Origin: Lytechinus pictus
Lineage: Eukaryota
Assembly (NCBI RefSeq): GCF_037042905.1
Contig: NC_087263.1
Coordinates: 10,728,001 to 10,792,000, forward strand
Direction of reading: 5' to 3'
DNA: 64,000 bases
Shown: positions 1 to 12,800 of the stretch, piece after piece
How positions within the stretch are numbered: the first letter of the stretch is position 1
Layout: the number at the start of each line of letters is the position of its first letter
Notes under the pieces: generated by a model
Told to the model about the DNA's origin: nothing
Seen by the model: the letters and a program-made list of their open reading frames with translations, nothing else
Database searches by the model: none
Program-made: the position numbers and the translations under genes

Positions 1-1156
1 GCGCGAGAAACCCGTCTTATATTTTTTGCAAGAGGGCAACTCCGTTTTCAACCACGGTCTTCAAAATGTAACTAATCAATTTATTCAGGGCCAATTAGTT
101 ACTGAAATCAGAAAAGTAATGAGAACGGGATGGGAATAAAGATAAATGTAAGAGATCAACTATTACGGGATTGAAGTCTTTGCACTGCAATATTTTTTGG
201 TAGCCGTATAGCGCAAAAACAAATCCTTCACAATATAATAAAAATCAGAGATCCCTCTCCCTACTCTTCAGATTGGCAACAGTATACGGCGCCAAAAACA
301 AAACGGACAAATATAAACTCGCTTGGCTCGAGAAATATTTCCCAATAGAAAAAAGTTAAAGACAGCAATTAACTGTATGGAATATCCGCGCGAATTTATT
401 ATCAGTCAAGATATATTCAGCTTGCAATAAAATCCCACATTGCCAGCCAGTTTAAGGGAAAATACAGGCTAGGTAAACATGGTAAAAGCAATTAATCCTC
501 CACCGAGAGTCATAAAATCACCAACGGCAAAAGTCAGCTATTGATTTATTTATTACAGTTCTAAAGATTACTCCAATTAAATCCTTACTTACTATTTTAA
601 TCAAACCCCAATTATTCAAGAAAAAGGTAAGTGAAATTGGGGGTGGGTAGATTTGTCTACCGCAATCAGCCACAAGCAACAATCAGGCAAGGCATGCACT
701 CCCAACTAACGAACAATAGACGCGGGGAGCGACGGACAAAAGAAAATATGCTTGGATTGTTAAACTCCGCGTGCCTTACGTGGCGTCCCGACACACCCAG
801 ATTTTGGTTTAAGGGAATTGTGTAAGGGTAAAACGGTGCACAAAACGGCAATTAAAACCCTAAAACACTAATCTTTTTGGAAAAGTTATGAACAAAGATG
901 TATCGTTACGGTGGCGGCGGGTCCCAACCAAAATGACCTATGTGTAAACTACAAAATTATCTTATAAACCTACGATATTTCCTTCCTTTTCCTTTCCGTT
1001 TTTGAAAGTGATAGTATACTTAAATCCACGTTTGGGAAAGCTAATATTTTAAGCGCTGAATTACTTTAATAAATCATTAAACCAGCACAGGTTCGAATTT
1101 AGACGTAGCGCCATTGTGTAGTAACCTTGCCCGCCATAGTGGAGACGAGGGTTTAC

Positions 1157-1380
1157 CTGGAACAGTCCTTCTAAGGATCCGCGTCTGGTAATCTCGAAGT
1201 ATCGAAGCTGCTGATGATGACCGATCTGCGGGCGATGGCTACCACTAGATATGTCCTTTGACTCGACGTGCTCATTACTGACTGTACTATTACTGACTGA
1301 TGACTGACTGGAACAAACAACTGACTGGAAAACTCTGGAAAAACTCTCACTCGAATCACTAGGAGATCGGGGCTTTTATA
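1157..1380 (-). promoter_or_regulatory. Putative TATA promoter and first (5' UTR) exon of a minus-strand gene continuing left of the window
   Basis: TATAAAAG on the minus strand at 1380-1373. A CpG-rich block lies upstream (1385-1470). Splice donor CCAG|GTAAAC at 1157/1156. No downstream exon is visible, so the gene is unidentified. Confidence 0.45.
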
Positions 1381-1591
1381 CTTATCGCGTGGTCGCACGC
1401 ATGGTCCGTCGCGGCACTATTGAGGTCACGACCTAACGTACCATGCGTGCGCCCACGATCCAGCCACGATCTCCATAAGATCTTCATTTCGAATATCTCA
1501 AACCATCAGTCGTAATATACATGCTATGTATGGTGCGAGTGTCGCAGAAAAGGATTTTGCACACGAAAAGCAGATCTGTAGGGCCTGTAAC

Positions 1592-1720
1592 CCCCCTGTA
1601 ACACAAAGTTTAGCATTGATTGTAGAGCAGTTTTCTACGTTTGATTCTATTGACTATAATGCACATTCAATCTTAAAAATCAAGTGTATGATTAAGCGTT
1701 AACTTTTGTGTTAGGGGACC
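1592..1720. mobile_element. ~130-bp MITE (further copies at ~17152-17283 and a partial copy at ~23260-23364)
   Basis: Imperfect TIRs of the form (GGGTCCC)GTAACACAAAG...CTTTGTGTTACGGG; the internal sequence is shared among the three copies. Confidence 0.7.
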
Positions 1721-1811
1721 CTAATATTATAGCGTCCGTGAGGATTGCGAAAGGTCCCAAGTTACGCTAAAGGGCGGCGCCAGGGTAATTTTGCTTGTTT
1801 TCATTCATTCA

Positions 1812-1814
<3 letters not shown>

Positions 1815-1875
<61 letters not shown>

Positions 1876-2008
1876 AGATATAGGCCAATATATATATATA
1901 TATATATATTGATATTGTTCTCTTCATCCATTTTTTTCACAAAATATTTAAATAAAACAGTTGCCAAAGCTGTTGTACATATATGATTTCACACACACGT
2001 ATATATAG

Positions 2009-2043
<35 letters not shown>
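1815..2043. repeat. (TA)n microsatellite cluster
   Basis: Three long TA runs seen directly. Confidence 0.95.
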
Positions 2044-2046
<3 letters not shown>

Positions 2047-2716
2047 CCTTTTTTTTTTTTTTTTTTTCACCTTTCTTTAATTTCTTCTTAAATGTTCTTC
2101 CATTTTTTTTGGAGACACAAATGTTATATTTCATTATTATATTACATTAATATTTCATTTATTCTCAAAATTTAATGATAATAATAATAATAATAATAAT
2201 AATATACAATGCATTTCAGGGGATTTTTGAACGATTTGATAAAAAGCACTAATTAGATTCGTTATACGATCTAGAGCATATAATGTACATTAGCGCATTT
2301 CCAATACGCAATTCAACCGATGTATTCATTACATTGAACTTTATGATGTTATTATATGGTTTTACAATGCAATGGTAGTGGTAGTGTTGCCAATCTACTT
2401 TGCATCGAAACCTAAACAAAAAAAAACAAAAAAAAAAGAGAGAGAGAGAAAAAAAGAAAATCTGCAGTGTAGTATGGTGTGAACAAACAAACATTACTTT
2501 TCGGCAATAACTTGGCTGGATATGTCCTCACTTTTTCAGAAAATATTGTGATTGAAAAAATTAAGGATTTAGGGTCCAATTTGGAGTTTTGTAGTACATT
2601 TTGGGGATTTTCTCCAGCTCGGACCTGGCAACACTGGTATATTTGAAATTCAGGCGGCATTACGCACAACACGGACTTTCATATAAAATATTAACAATAA
2701 TTAATATTATTATTAA

Positions 2717-3307
2717 AGGTCAAGTCCACCCCAAGAAAATACTGAAATGAATAAATAGAGAATAATCAAACTAGCATAGTGCTGAAAATTTCATCAAAAT
2801 CGGATGTAAAATAAAAAAGTTATGACATTTTAAAGTTTCGCTTATTTTTCACAAAACAGTGATATGCACAATTAGGTGAGTCAGTCGATGATGTCCATCA
2901 CTCACTATTTCTTTTGTTTTTTATTGTTTGAATTATACAATATTTCATTTTTTATAGATTTGACAATAAGGACCAACTTGACTGAACCATATATTATTAC
3001 ACAATGCTAATTCCACTTGTTCAGGGAGGAATTAATCCTTGTATCACTTGACAATGAGGAAAAAATCAGAATATTTCATATTTCATATAATAAAATACAA
3101 AAGAAATAGTGAGTGGATGACGTCATAGTCTCCTCATTTGCATACCAGCCAGGATGTGCATATAACTGTTTTGTGAAATTAAGCAAAACTTTAAAATGTC
3201 ATAACTTTCTTATTTTACATCCGATTTTGATGAAATTTTCAGTGTTATGCTTGTTGGATTTTTCTCTTTTTATTCAAATCAACTTTTTGTTGGGGTGGAC
3301 TTGTCCT
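2717..3307. mobile_element. Non-autonomous TTAA-flanked DNA transposon (Kolobok-like)
   Basis: TTAA|AGGTCAAGTCCACCCCA ... TGGGGTGGACTTGTCCT|TTAA. TTAA flanks at 2713-2716 and 3308-3311. The same family occurs at 9288-9834 and 63745-63885. Confidence 0.85.
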
Positions 3308-3892
3308 TTAAAAACTGTAATCTCGGTGTTATGTTTCAACATTCGTCTACGTCTTGAACCAAAACTACCATTTGTGTTGTTTTGTGGCGCAAATATTCAC
3401 TATGTACTAAACTACTGAATGACACGCGCCGTATAAGCTAAAACAACAACAACAACAATTGTGGAACATCCTCACAATTTTGCCAGAAATCGGTTAGTAT
3501 TTCTCTAATTTTTTGCATTTTAAATCATGAAATGGTTATAGTTATTTAATAATTTATTTAGCTACCAAGCAATATGCATGTTTTGTTTAATGAATGATTA
3601 ATTTGTCGCCGAAAAGGTGGTGTTCGGTGACGGTGAGTGTCGGCGCGGAAACTTCCTCCTCCCAAAATCGTTCATTGTTGTCCCATACGTAGCAGTTTTT
3701 GCTGGTGATAATTGCAATAGACTAGTCCCACGTCTTTATCTGGATCTGGGGCCTGTTGCATGACGAGATGAGCGATACGTAGGAACGTCCTAGGACCATT
3801 CGGCATACTCGTGATATAGGCCCCGCTCGAGAAAAAAATTGTAATCGATCATACCTCAATATCTAGGTTGCTAACTTCAGCTCACTATATAT

Positions 3893-4520
3893 GGTTGGAA
3901 CTACCCCTTATCGACCACCTAATCTTCTAAGCATCATATCTGCGAAAATATTCATCAATTTTACCCAGTTTTCGTCTCATTTGTGCAGAAAATTGAGCAG
4001 ATCAGATTCCCATGTTTCGCTCGGCGGCTCCGATTCAATTTGCGTATATATCGACGATCAACGAATGCAACGATTTTCCAATTGCTCATTTGCACCCGTC
4101 TTTTGAAACCGACCACCCGCGGTACACTAAGTTTACGGCCGATTCTTGTCGCGGTGGCGAAATATTTTTACTCTTTCAAATCAGTTCTATGACGTCAACA
4201 TGCTAAATGATCGCCTCACTACTTCCACTGCGAGCTCCGACGCATGATTCGACGATTGACGACGGATATTTGTTCTAAAGCCGTTTCCTATCGGATTTCT
4301 TGGTTTTTCAGCGGGTTTTGGGTTTGGTCAATACAATTTTGATTAATTCTACTAAATTTTTACTTTTTGTTGCTTCTTTTTTTCTCGTAAAATCGATTCT
4401 TACCGTTTCTATGGACACTGCGCCTACTCTCCCGCGCGTATCGTTTGTAATACGCAATAATTTTAACGCGCGCAAGGTGGTCGGTTTCAAAAGAGGTGGT
4501 CGATATGTGGTGGTCTTACC
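3893..4520. mobile_element. 628-bp TIR element nested in the left arm of the foldback element
   Basis: Absent from the right arm (empty site at 11021-11040). Imperfect TIRs GGTTGGAACTACCCCTTATCGACCACCT / AGGTGGTCGATATGTGGTGGTCTTACC. Flanked by AT...AT. Confidence 0.8.
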
Positions 4521-4787
4521 ATACTCGTGATATTATAGGCCCCGCTGCTGTGTTGAATGGCTTTGAATGTCCGTTTGCGGGGCCTGTTTCACGAGTATAG
4601 TACTATAACCGTTATATAGGCCCCGCACTACGGCACTTCAGACACTCCAACACAGTAGCGGGGCCTATAATATATCACGAGTATATATTAAGCTTGCATC
4701 CTAAGATAGTCGCGAAACTGGCCCCGTCCAATGCGCTTTTCACAGCATTCGCACGTGTGTGGGGCTCGGATGACGACTATATAGTAT

Positions 4788-5630
4788 TCTCGAGGTCGGA
4801 CATCCGGGGATTTTCACTCGCGAAAGTAACTTCTGCATAGCAACCGATCGTGAAGGTGCAAACAAAGCCGGAACAAGCCGGGCGCGCACACAAATGTCCA
4901 TTGACTCAGCTGGGTTGAGATATACGTTGAGACGCCACCCCTCTTATTTTGATAACAATTGTCACCCCCACTTTCAAAATGAAATGATCGTGAGCATTTT
5001 TTTATATTCTATATTTTGATACCAAATATTGGTAACTTGAGCGGGCAGCTTTGGAAACATCGATTGCTTAGTGTGGGCGTCTCAAATCGTCGCCCGAGAA
5101 AAATGGCAGCTAAAATGCGCACCGTACAGACCAAGCTTGCAAGTCCGAATTTGACTGCGCTAAACTCCTTTTTCTTTTGCTGGATCTTTTAGCCAAATGT
5201 TGCAGCATTTCAGGGAATTACTGAGGATTAATATCAGATGCCACAAGACACTTTTCAACATTGTAAATGATTTCTAGAACCATTTTGGTCATGCAGTGAC
5301 AGGTGAGTGGCGCAACAGTAAAAAAATTGCACATGGCGACTCACTGCGCATGTAGTGATGTACGTTAAAACTTAGGATAAAGCTGGCCATCTTGCCTTGT
5401 TCTTGGAACACCCGTACACACAACATATTTTCACCATTTTCCAGCAATTAAAATCAAAATGCAGTACAAAACGCGATGAAAATATAATGGAGAAACAGTT
5501 CAAATCAACGAGTTCCAAAAAACGTCAAGGAAACTGCACAGCCAACACGTACACTCGCACCCTTTGTTTGCACCTTTGCCCTTTGTTGTTAGGGAAATCA
5601 TGTGACTGTGACGTCATGCCGACCTCGAGA
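4788..5630. mobile_element. 843-bp TIR element nested in the left arm of the foldback element
   Basis: Absent from the right arm (empty site AGTATACT at 10771-10778). TIRs TCTCGAGGTCGG / CCGACCTCGAGA. Flanked by AT...AT. Confidence 0.8.
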
Positions 5631-5714
5631 ATACTCGTTATCGAGGCCCCTTACACTATTATATAATGGAAAATAACGTGGTCGTGGGGCTTGTTTCCCC
5701 GGCCGGTGAGAATT

Positions 5715-6000
5715 ATCATGGGCGGCGCTGTAGGGGGCCGGGGGAGGGGGGGGGGGAGCCTCCAATTTATTTTCCAAATAAACAAGGAAAGAATATCATG
5801 GGCGGCACTGTAAGGGGCGGGGGGGGGGAGGCTCCAATTTATTTTCCAAATATACAAGGAAAGATATCATGGGCGGCGCTGTAAGGGGCGGGGGGGGGGG
5901 CTCCAATTCATTTTCCAAATAAACAAGGAAAGGATATCATGGGCGGCGCTGTAAGGGGCGGGGGGGGGGGGGCTCCAATTTATTTTCCAAATAAACAAGG
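5715..6000 (+). repeat. Tandem ~70-bp G-rich repeat within the left TIR (4 copies; 2 inverted copies at ~10570-10690)
   Basis: Unit ATCATGGGCGGCGCTGTAAGGGGC(G)nCTCCAATTTATTTTCCAAATAAACAAGGAAAG. Confidence 0.9.
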
Positions 6001-7919
6001 AGAGAGAATAATAATTCACATCTTCAGAAATTCATCTGTCGATTTATTTATGTGTTATTACAGTTATTAACTTATTGATTTATTTATCAATCTATATGTA
6101 TTGATTAATTAATGTATTCATTAATCATTTATTGTTTTCAGTTTTTTTTTCTTATGTGATATAGAGAGTCAGAGGTATCATTTGTTTTAATTATTTTTAT
6201 GTGCGGAAGTTCATTTATTTCAATCTATTTTAATAGATTAATATGTATGATAAATAAATGTATTTATATTGATAAATAAATATATTTATATTTATTCATT
6301 AATCATTTAATTTATTTGTTTTCAGCTTTTTTCTTTTGTGATATAGAGAGTCAGATCGAGTTATCATTCGTTTTTAATTCTTTTTATGTGTGGAAGTTCA
6401 TTATTATTATAATATTATTATTATAAAATAAATTGGAGCCCCCCTGCATTTCATTTTAATTATATTTTTTGCGGGGAGGGAGGTGCATAAAGGTTATCAA
6501 CCTCAATTTTAGGGGGGACCGTCCCCCCACCGCAAATTTAGGGGGGACCTGTCCCCCCCCCCCCCGCTTCCGCCGCCTATGGGGAGGTGTCATCAATAAT
6601 CAAATTACATAGTTCTTGTAAATGATTTTCCCCCAATATTTCACTTGACGTAATGCTGCGATTGAATCCATTTATTCATTCATGTATCATATATCTATTT
6701 ATAATCACCTGGATGTAAGTATAGTCAATATTTTTTTGAAATCAGCTTTCTTCTCTTATTCAATATTGAATCACTCATCTGGCTTCCTGTGTATATTTGG
6801 TTTTTTTTTTCATTCCTTTCATAAATGCCTCCTCCGCCTCCCCACTTTTCATCCATTTAAGTTCGAAAAAGAAAACAAATAGGTATATTCATTCGGGGAA
6901 GATTTATTAATTTTCTTTTGGTCAATTTCATTATTGCTTGAGGGATATCTACACTTAATTAAATTAATCTATATTTTACTGAGACTTATCCCCCCCCCCC
7001 CCCGGCAATTGGGGATAGGCCTATCATTATGTATATTATTCATTTTGCGTATAAAAGTAGGCCCTTCTTTCAAAGTACTTTTTTTTAACCTTAATAACCT
7101 TTTGTTTTTTAAAAAGCTATACCGTTCATTGATATGCCAGTATTTCTACAGCTAACCTATTTTCTCTTCCTGCATTCATTTTAAAACCTAAATGGATGGT
7201 CCGGGTTGAAAGTATTTATAGCTTAATAAATAGAGTAGAATTCACTGAGCATAATATGCCGAAAATTTCATCAAAAAAATATTGATTGATCGTCATTTCA
7301 TTAATTCACCATCCAAATATCGCATTTTTTCTTCGCCTATATGGTATTCATTTATTTACTCATTCATACACCCTTGCCCCCCCCCCCCGATTTCTCGTTT
7401 TTATTAAAAGATTTAATAATTTCGGAAAAAGTGTCTCAATGTGTTCTTATAATTTATTTTTATGCACGAATTATTCTACTATTTCCCTTTCTGTGATATT
7501 TTATTTCAGGAGTTTAATGTGTCCCCCAGATCCGAGATTTCGTAGCGGGGGGGGGGGGGGAGCTCAAATTTGAGAAGACAGTTGGTGGTCTGTCTGGTTG
7601 AATTTGTCAGGAAAAAAATATACACACAGGTACTGACGGGTCCAGTATTTTTAAAGGGGCGGGGATACAGGCTGTTCGGACACATTGCCATTCATGAAAT
7701 CCATAGTCGGCCAGTCAAAGAGGAAGAAGTAAAAGTGTTTTTTTTTTTTTTTTTTTTTTTGGGGGGGGGGGTTGTGCTATGGAAGTTTATGTACATTTTA
7801 ATTTAATTTTTACCAACAAGATATGCCTACCATGATTATACGGCCGAACTAAACGAGATAACTGAACATTTTTAAAAAATTATAATCCATGTGTTAAAAG
7901 CTATATGAATGGAGCACAC

Positions 7920-7988
7920 TACCCAGTCAGCAAAGTATCTGGGCCAATATGGGCCCCATATTGGGCCAGATACTTTGCTGACTGGGTA
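7920..7988. mobile_element. 69-bp near-perfect palindrome / miniature TIR element
   Basis: TACCCAGTCAGCAAAGTATCTGG...CCAGATACTTTGCTGACTGGGTA. 34-bp arms, one mismatch, 1-nt centre. Confidence 0.8.
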
Positions 7989-9287
7989 AGCTCTCTTTAA
8001 CCCTAAACAGCAAACGTTTATTCAATATTTAATTACTAAACTGAAAATGGGAAAAGGACTTTACGGTAACGCATGAACAAGATATGAAAGAGGAGCGCGA
8101 ACTGAATTTTTCACACTTGAAAATAGGATGCGAATGCGATTTAAGTTCGAGAAGAATTTTGTTGATATATATCGACACGAAAAGGGTACGTTTTTAAGCA
8201 CTGCTGACATGTAGGAGTGAGAGAGAGAGAGAGGGGGGGGGGGACATCTTGTTCAACACTTTATCTGTAAATATCACTATTTTACATTGATTTACATGTA
8301 GTTTAATTACCACTCACATAGTATCCTGTTGCTAGGCGACATCCAACAGGCGCTGTTTGTCATGCAGTTGCATCGTACATATTACTTAGTTGACAGTGAG
8401 GTCACGATTCGTGGCATGTTCTGAGATTGTTTTTTATATATAAAAACACAAATTTAGAATGAGAAATCAGATAAAGCACAAAAGTATTTCTAATTTCATT
8501 TTTCTGTTTTTTTTTTATACAAATGCCAAATGACAACACGTTTTTCTCGTTGTGATTTCGTTTTTGTGTTTTCAAAAACCAAACTAAGGGGGCTGATTTC
8601 CGTTTTCGCTTCTACATGATTGGAACAGAAAAACAAATTATCCATTAATACCTTGATTGTGTAGGTTACTGGGCAAGTGAAAGTGATATTCACAATTTAT
8701 CTTAGCAAGACATTCATAACATAAATGAGTAGAGTACTATTTCATATAATAAACACTAATTAAAGTATGAGAATGGCAATATTTGATCAGAGAATATCGA
8801 ACTTCTTAACCGAAATGCGTGACAATAAAAATATACATTTTCATCAAACCTTTAGGTTACGAATATTTTTTCTATGTTTCTGCTTTGATTATCATCAACT
8901 TTGCGTCAGGGTAAACTGCCCCCTTGAAGGGTAGGCCTATCGTGTCAATTGATAGACAACATCTTTTCCCAAAACAGTGCAAATATGAACGAATAAATGA
9001 ATATATGAATAAACCAGGAAATGAATAAGTAAGTGAAACAATACGAAGGAGAACTTGAAATAGTAATGCGCATTAGGCCATCTCTCTTTCTCTCTCTCCC
9101 TTTCTAACGTTTCGCGTATTGGCTTCAATGAGGTAACAAAATATATTTTGTATAATAATATATGGTACACAGAGAGATCAAATCCATAAGCAAAAAAAGA
9201 TAAATTAACGATAATGGTTGCAATGGTCTAACATCAAATAAAACAAAAAAGTTTAATACAAACAAATATATCAATTGTTTAATTTAA

Positions 9288-9834
9288 AGGACAAGTCCGC
9301 CCCAACAAAAAAGTTGATTTGAATAAAAAGAGGAAAATCGAACGATCATAACGCTAAAAATTTCATCAAAGTCAGATAAAATAAGAAAGTTATAACATTT
9401 TGAAGTTTAGTTTAATTTAAAATAATAGTTATATATGCACATCCAGGTCGGTATGCAAATGAGGAAACTGATGACGCCATCCACTCACTATTTCTTTAGT
9501 ATTGTATTATATGAAATATATTTTCCAATTTCTTCTCATTGTCAAGTGAAACAATTCCTCCCTGAACATATGGTTCATTCACGTTGGCCCTTATTGTAAA
9601 ATCTGTGAAAAATGAAATATTGTAAAATTCAAACAATAAAAAAAAAGCGAGTCCGGAACTGTATCATTTGCATGCAAATGAGTTGTGCACTTTTTTGTGA
9701 AAAATAAGCGAAACTTTAGAATATCACAACTTTCTTATTTTACATCCGATTTAGATGAAATTTCCAGCGTTATGCTAGTTTAATATTTCTCTATTTATTC
9801 AAATCAACATTTTTTTCTGGGGTGAACTTGACCT
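9288..9834. mobile_element. Kolobok-like non-autonomous element, inverted relative to 2717-3307
   Basis: TTAA|AGGACAAGTCCGCCCCA ... TGGGGTGAACTTGACCT|TTAA. Confidence 0.8.
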
Positions 9835-12800
9835 TTAAATAAATGAAAAATAAATGAAATGTATGACCCTGTATCAACATAAGACCTCAGATAACAAAAA
9901 GATGAAAATATAATAAATGAATAAATAGATAATAAATAAATAAATGAACTTCCACACATAAAAAGAATTAAAAACGAATGATACCTCTGACGCTCTTTAT
10001 CACATAAAAAAACTGAAAACAAATAAATTAAATGATTAATAAATAAATATAAATACATTAATAAAACAATTAAAATAGATTGATAAATAATTAAATGAAC
10101 TTCCACACATTAAAAGAATTAAAAACTAATGATACCTAGCTCTGACTCCCTATATCACAAAATAAAAAAAAACTGAAAACAAATGAATTAAATGATCAAT
10201 AAATAAATACAAATAGGCCTACATTAATTAATCAATTAAAATAGATTGATAAATAAATTAAATGAACTTCCACAAATAAAAAGAATTAAAAACGAATAAC
10301 TCTGACTCTCTCTATAACAAAAGAAGAAGAAAAAAAATGAATTAAATTATTAATGAATAAATATAAATACATTAATTAATCAATTTAAATATATAGATTG
10401 ATAAATAAATAAATGAAATTTTACACATAAAAATAATTAAAAACGAATGATACCTCTGACTCTCTACATCACAAAAGAAAAAAAAATGAAAACAAATAAA
10501 TCAAATGATTAATGAATAAATATCCACAAATAAATTTCTGAAGAAGTAAATCCTTATCTCTCCTTAATTGTTCATTTGGAAAATAAGGAGCCCCCCCCCG
10601 CCCCTTACAGCGCCACCCATGATATTCTTTCCTTGTTTATTTGGAAAATAAATTGGAGCCTCCCCCAGCCCCCTACAGCGCCGCCCATGATAATTCTCAC
10701 CGGCCGGGGAAACAAGCCCCACGACCACGTTATTTTCCATTATATAACAGTGCAAGGGGCCTCGATAACGAGTATACTAATAGCCGTCATCCGAGCCCCA
10801 CACACGTGCGAATGCTGTGAAAAGCGCATTGGACGGGGCCAGTTTCGCGACTATCTTAGGATGCAAGCTTAATATATACTCGTGATATAGGCCCCGCTAC
10901 TGTGTTGGAGTGCCTGAAGTGCCGTAGTGCGGGGTCTATATAACGGTTATAGTACTATACTCGTGAAACAGGCCCCGCAAACGGACATTCAAAGCCATTC
11001 AACACAGCAGCGGGGCCTATATCACGAGTATATATAGTGAGCTGAAGTTAGCAACCTAGATATTGAGGTAGTATAATCGATTACAAGTTTTTCTCGAGCG
11101 GGGCCTATATCACGATTTTGCCGACCATTCTTCCGAGATAGGAAGATTGGCGACAAATCAGCGCTTTCCGTTTCACGAAGGCAATTTTGTCTTTCAAGTC
11201 AGCGACATCGTTTGATATCGATACAGGTAGTATCGGAAAAATATTTAGTCTTTATCGTCACCTGAACCTTTTATTTTGGAATGACGACTTTTCATAAAAT
11301 CATATATTTTAATAAAAGGGGATCAAATAATGTTTTATTTATTACTGATTGTAGAATTGATGTATGGAGCGTACTTTATGAGGTAAAAAGAGCAAAAACT
11401 TTCAAGATTCACAAACATAACTGGAAAAAAAAAAAAAATCTAAATTTTCCTTATTTCCCTTAAATATATTTAGAAGTAGAACACGGTGTCCTTTTAGAGA
11501 CACCTTTCATTGATATTTCAACGAAAGAGACCCTTGATTTAACTAAGTAATTTCGACATTTAATTAGTTCAATATACTGATTTTTTATAGAATACATATA
11601 TATAATGATGATTTTGCAAATTATGCGTGAATATGTTATCTGTTGAGGTAAAAAGAGGGTTTGAATGGAGTAAACAAAATCAACAGTGTCTGATTGTATG
11701 AGACTAAAAAGGAAAATATGAGAGGCTGCCTGTGAAAAATCTAATTTATTCATTTTATTTGTCAGATATAACGCAAGATATTACAAATGTGAGTGTTTAG
11801 ATTATAAACAAATCTCAGTTGCATGATGAGTAACCGAAGACAAGGAAAATATGAAAATTGCTGCAAACATGTCCAAGTGGATAAAGCAGTGCTTTGCAAT
11901 AACAATTCAAACATATTAGAAAAAGGTGTGCAATCCGCAATGGAAAAAATACTATTTACAGAAATAATGCTAAATATTACAATGATCATAAACGTTGGTC
12001 ATCTTTAAAGTTGATCACTTATTTATGGAAGCTTATATAAGAATATAAGGTTTAAGAATATAAAAAATATATATGTTCAACATTTCAAAGTTGAGGAGTA
12101 GAGACTACATTATTGCTTTAACATTACATAGGGGCTGAAAGGGGCCTACCCTACGATTTAAAATGCACCTCTTCGTATGGACTTTCCATAATCTTTTCAT
12201 TAATTAACTAGCTTATCTTCACTTGTAATAATTGTGATGGATTCGTAAGCTATAGGCCTAATCTGTATCTTAAATTCAATTAGCTATTTTGTTACTGCAG
12301 ATTTTTTGTTTTGTTTCACTGTTTCACATCTCAAGTTAGCCATGGCAAATCCGACAATTAATTTTCATTGATTAAAATTAATCTAAAAAAAAAACATTAT
12401 AATGAAAATGAAATAAAAATAAATTAATGATTTACCATGTTTAACATTTTAGTTTTGTATCGTGTTTTTTTTTGCTGAACGTTATAAACACGTCTTTTAC
12501 GTTACATAATTTCTTTTAATAAAGAAATTTGTTTTCATGTTGTTTAATTATCTATAACGAGAAAGCATAAGGGGTCAGAGAGATAGTGCCACCCATTTCG
12601 ATATTTCAAAAAAAAATTAATGGAAATGGTGTGGGGATGGGACGGAGAATAAAAGAAAACATATTAAAAAAATATTTGGGCCTACATTACCCCCGGACAT
12701 AATGCCCGGAGAAGTTAAAATGACATCTGTTTTTGGTCGTCTTGCCGTGCAAAAAGATGACCTGAAATTGATGACAGCTAGCCCCCATACAAAAAATAAC

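Larger units (their letters stand above)
3802..11122. mobile_element. 7.3-kb non-autonomous foldback-like DNA transposon with long modular TIRs (Merlin-like)
   Basis: Termini GGCATACTCGTGATATAGGCCCCGCTCGAG / CTCGAGCGGGGCCTATATCACGATTTTGCC. Perfect 8-bp direct repeat GACCATTC at 3794-3801 and 11123-11130. Inverted homology extends over ~3802-6400 versus ~9900-11122. No transposase ORF. Confidence 0.85.

Noticed and set aside
1171..1275. Antizyme-like frameshift ORF1
   Set aside because: The ORF ends CCT TAG rather than the TCC TGA metazoan antizyme site, and no antizyme similarity was recognised.
9100..9135. Possible third hammerhead on the minus strand (…GAAGCCAATACGCGAAACGTTAG)
   Set aside because: GAAACGTT is present, but the CTGANGA box and stems are too degenerate to support a call.
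11460..12030. Coding exons suggested by 61-97 aa ORFs
   Set aside because: No coherent splice structure. At most a very decayed LINE fragment, too weak to annotate.
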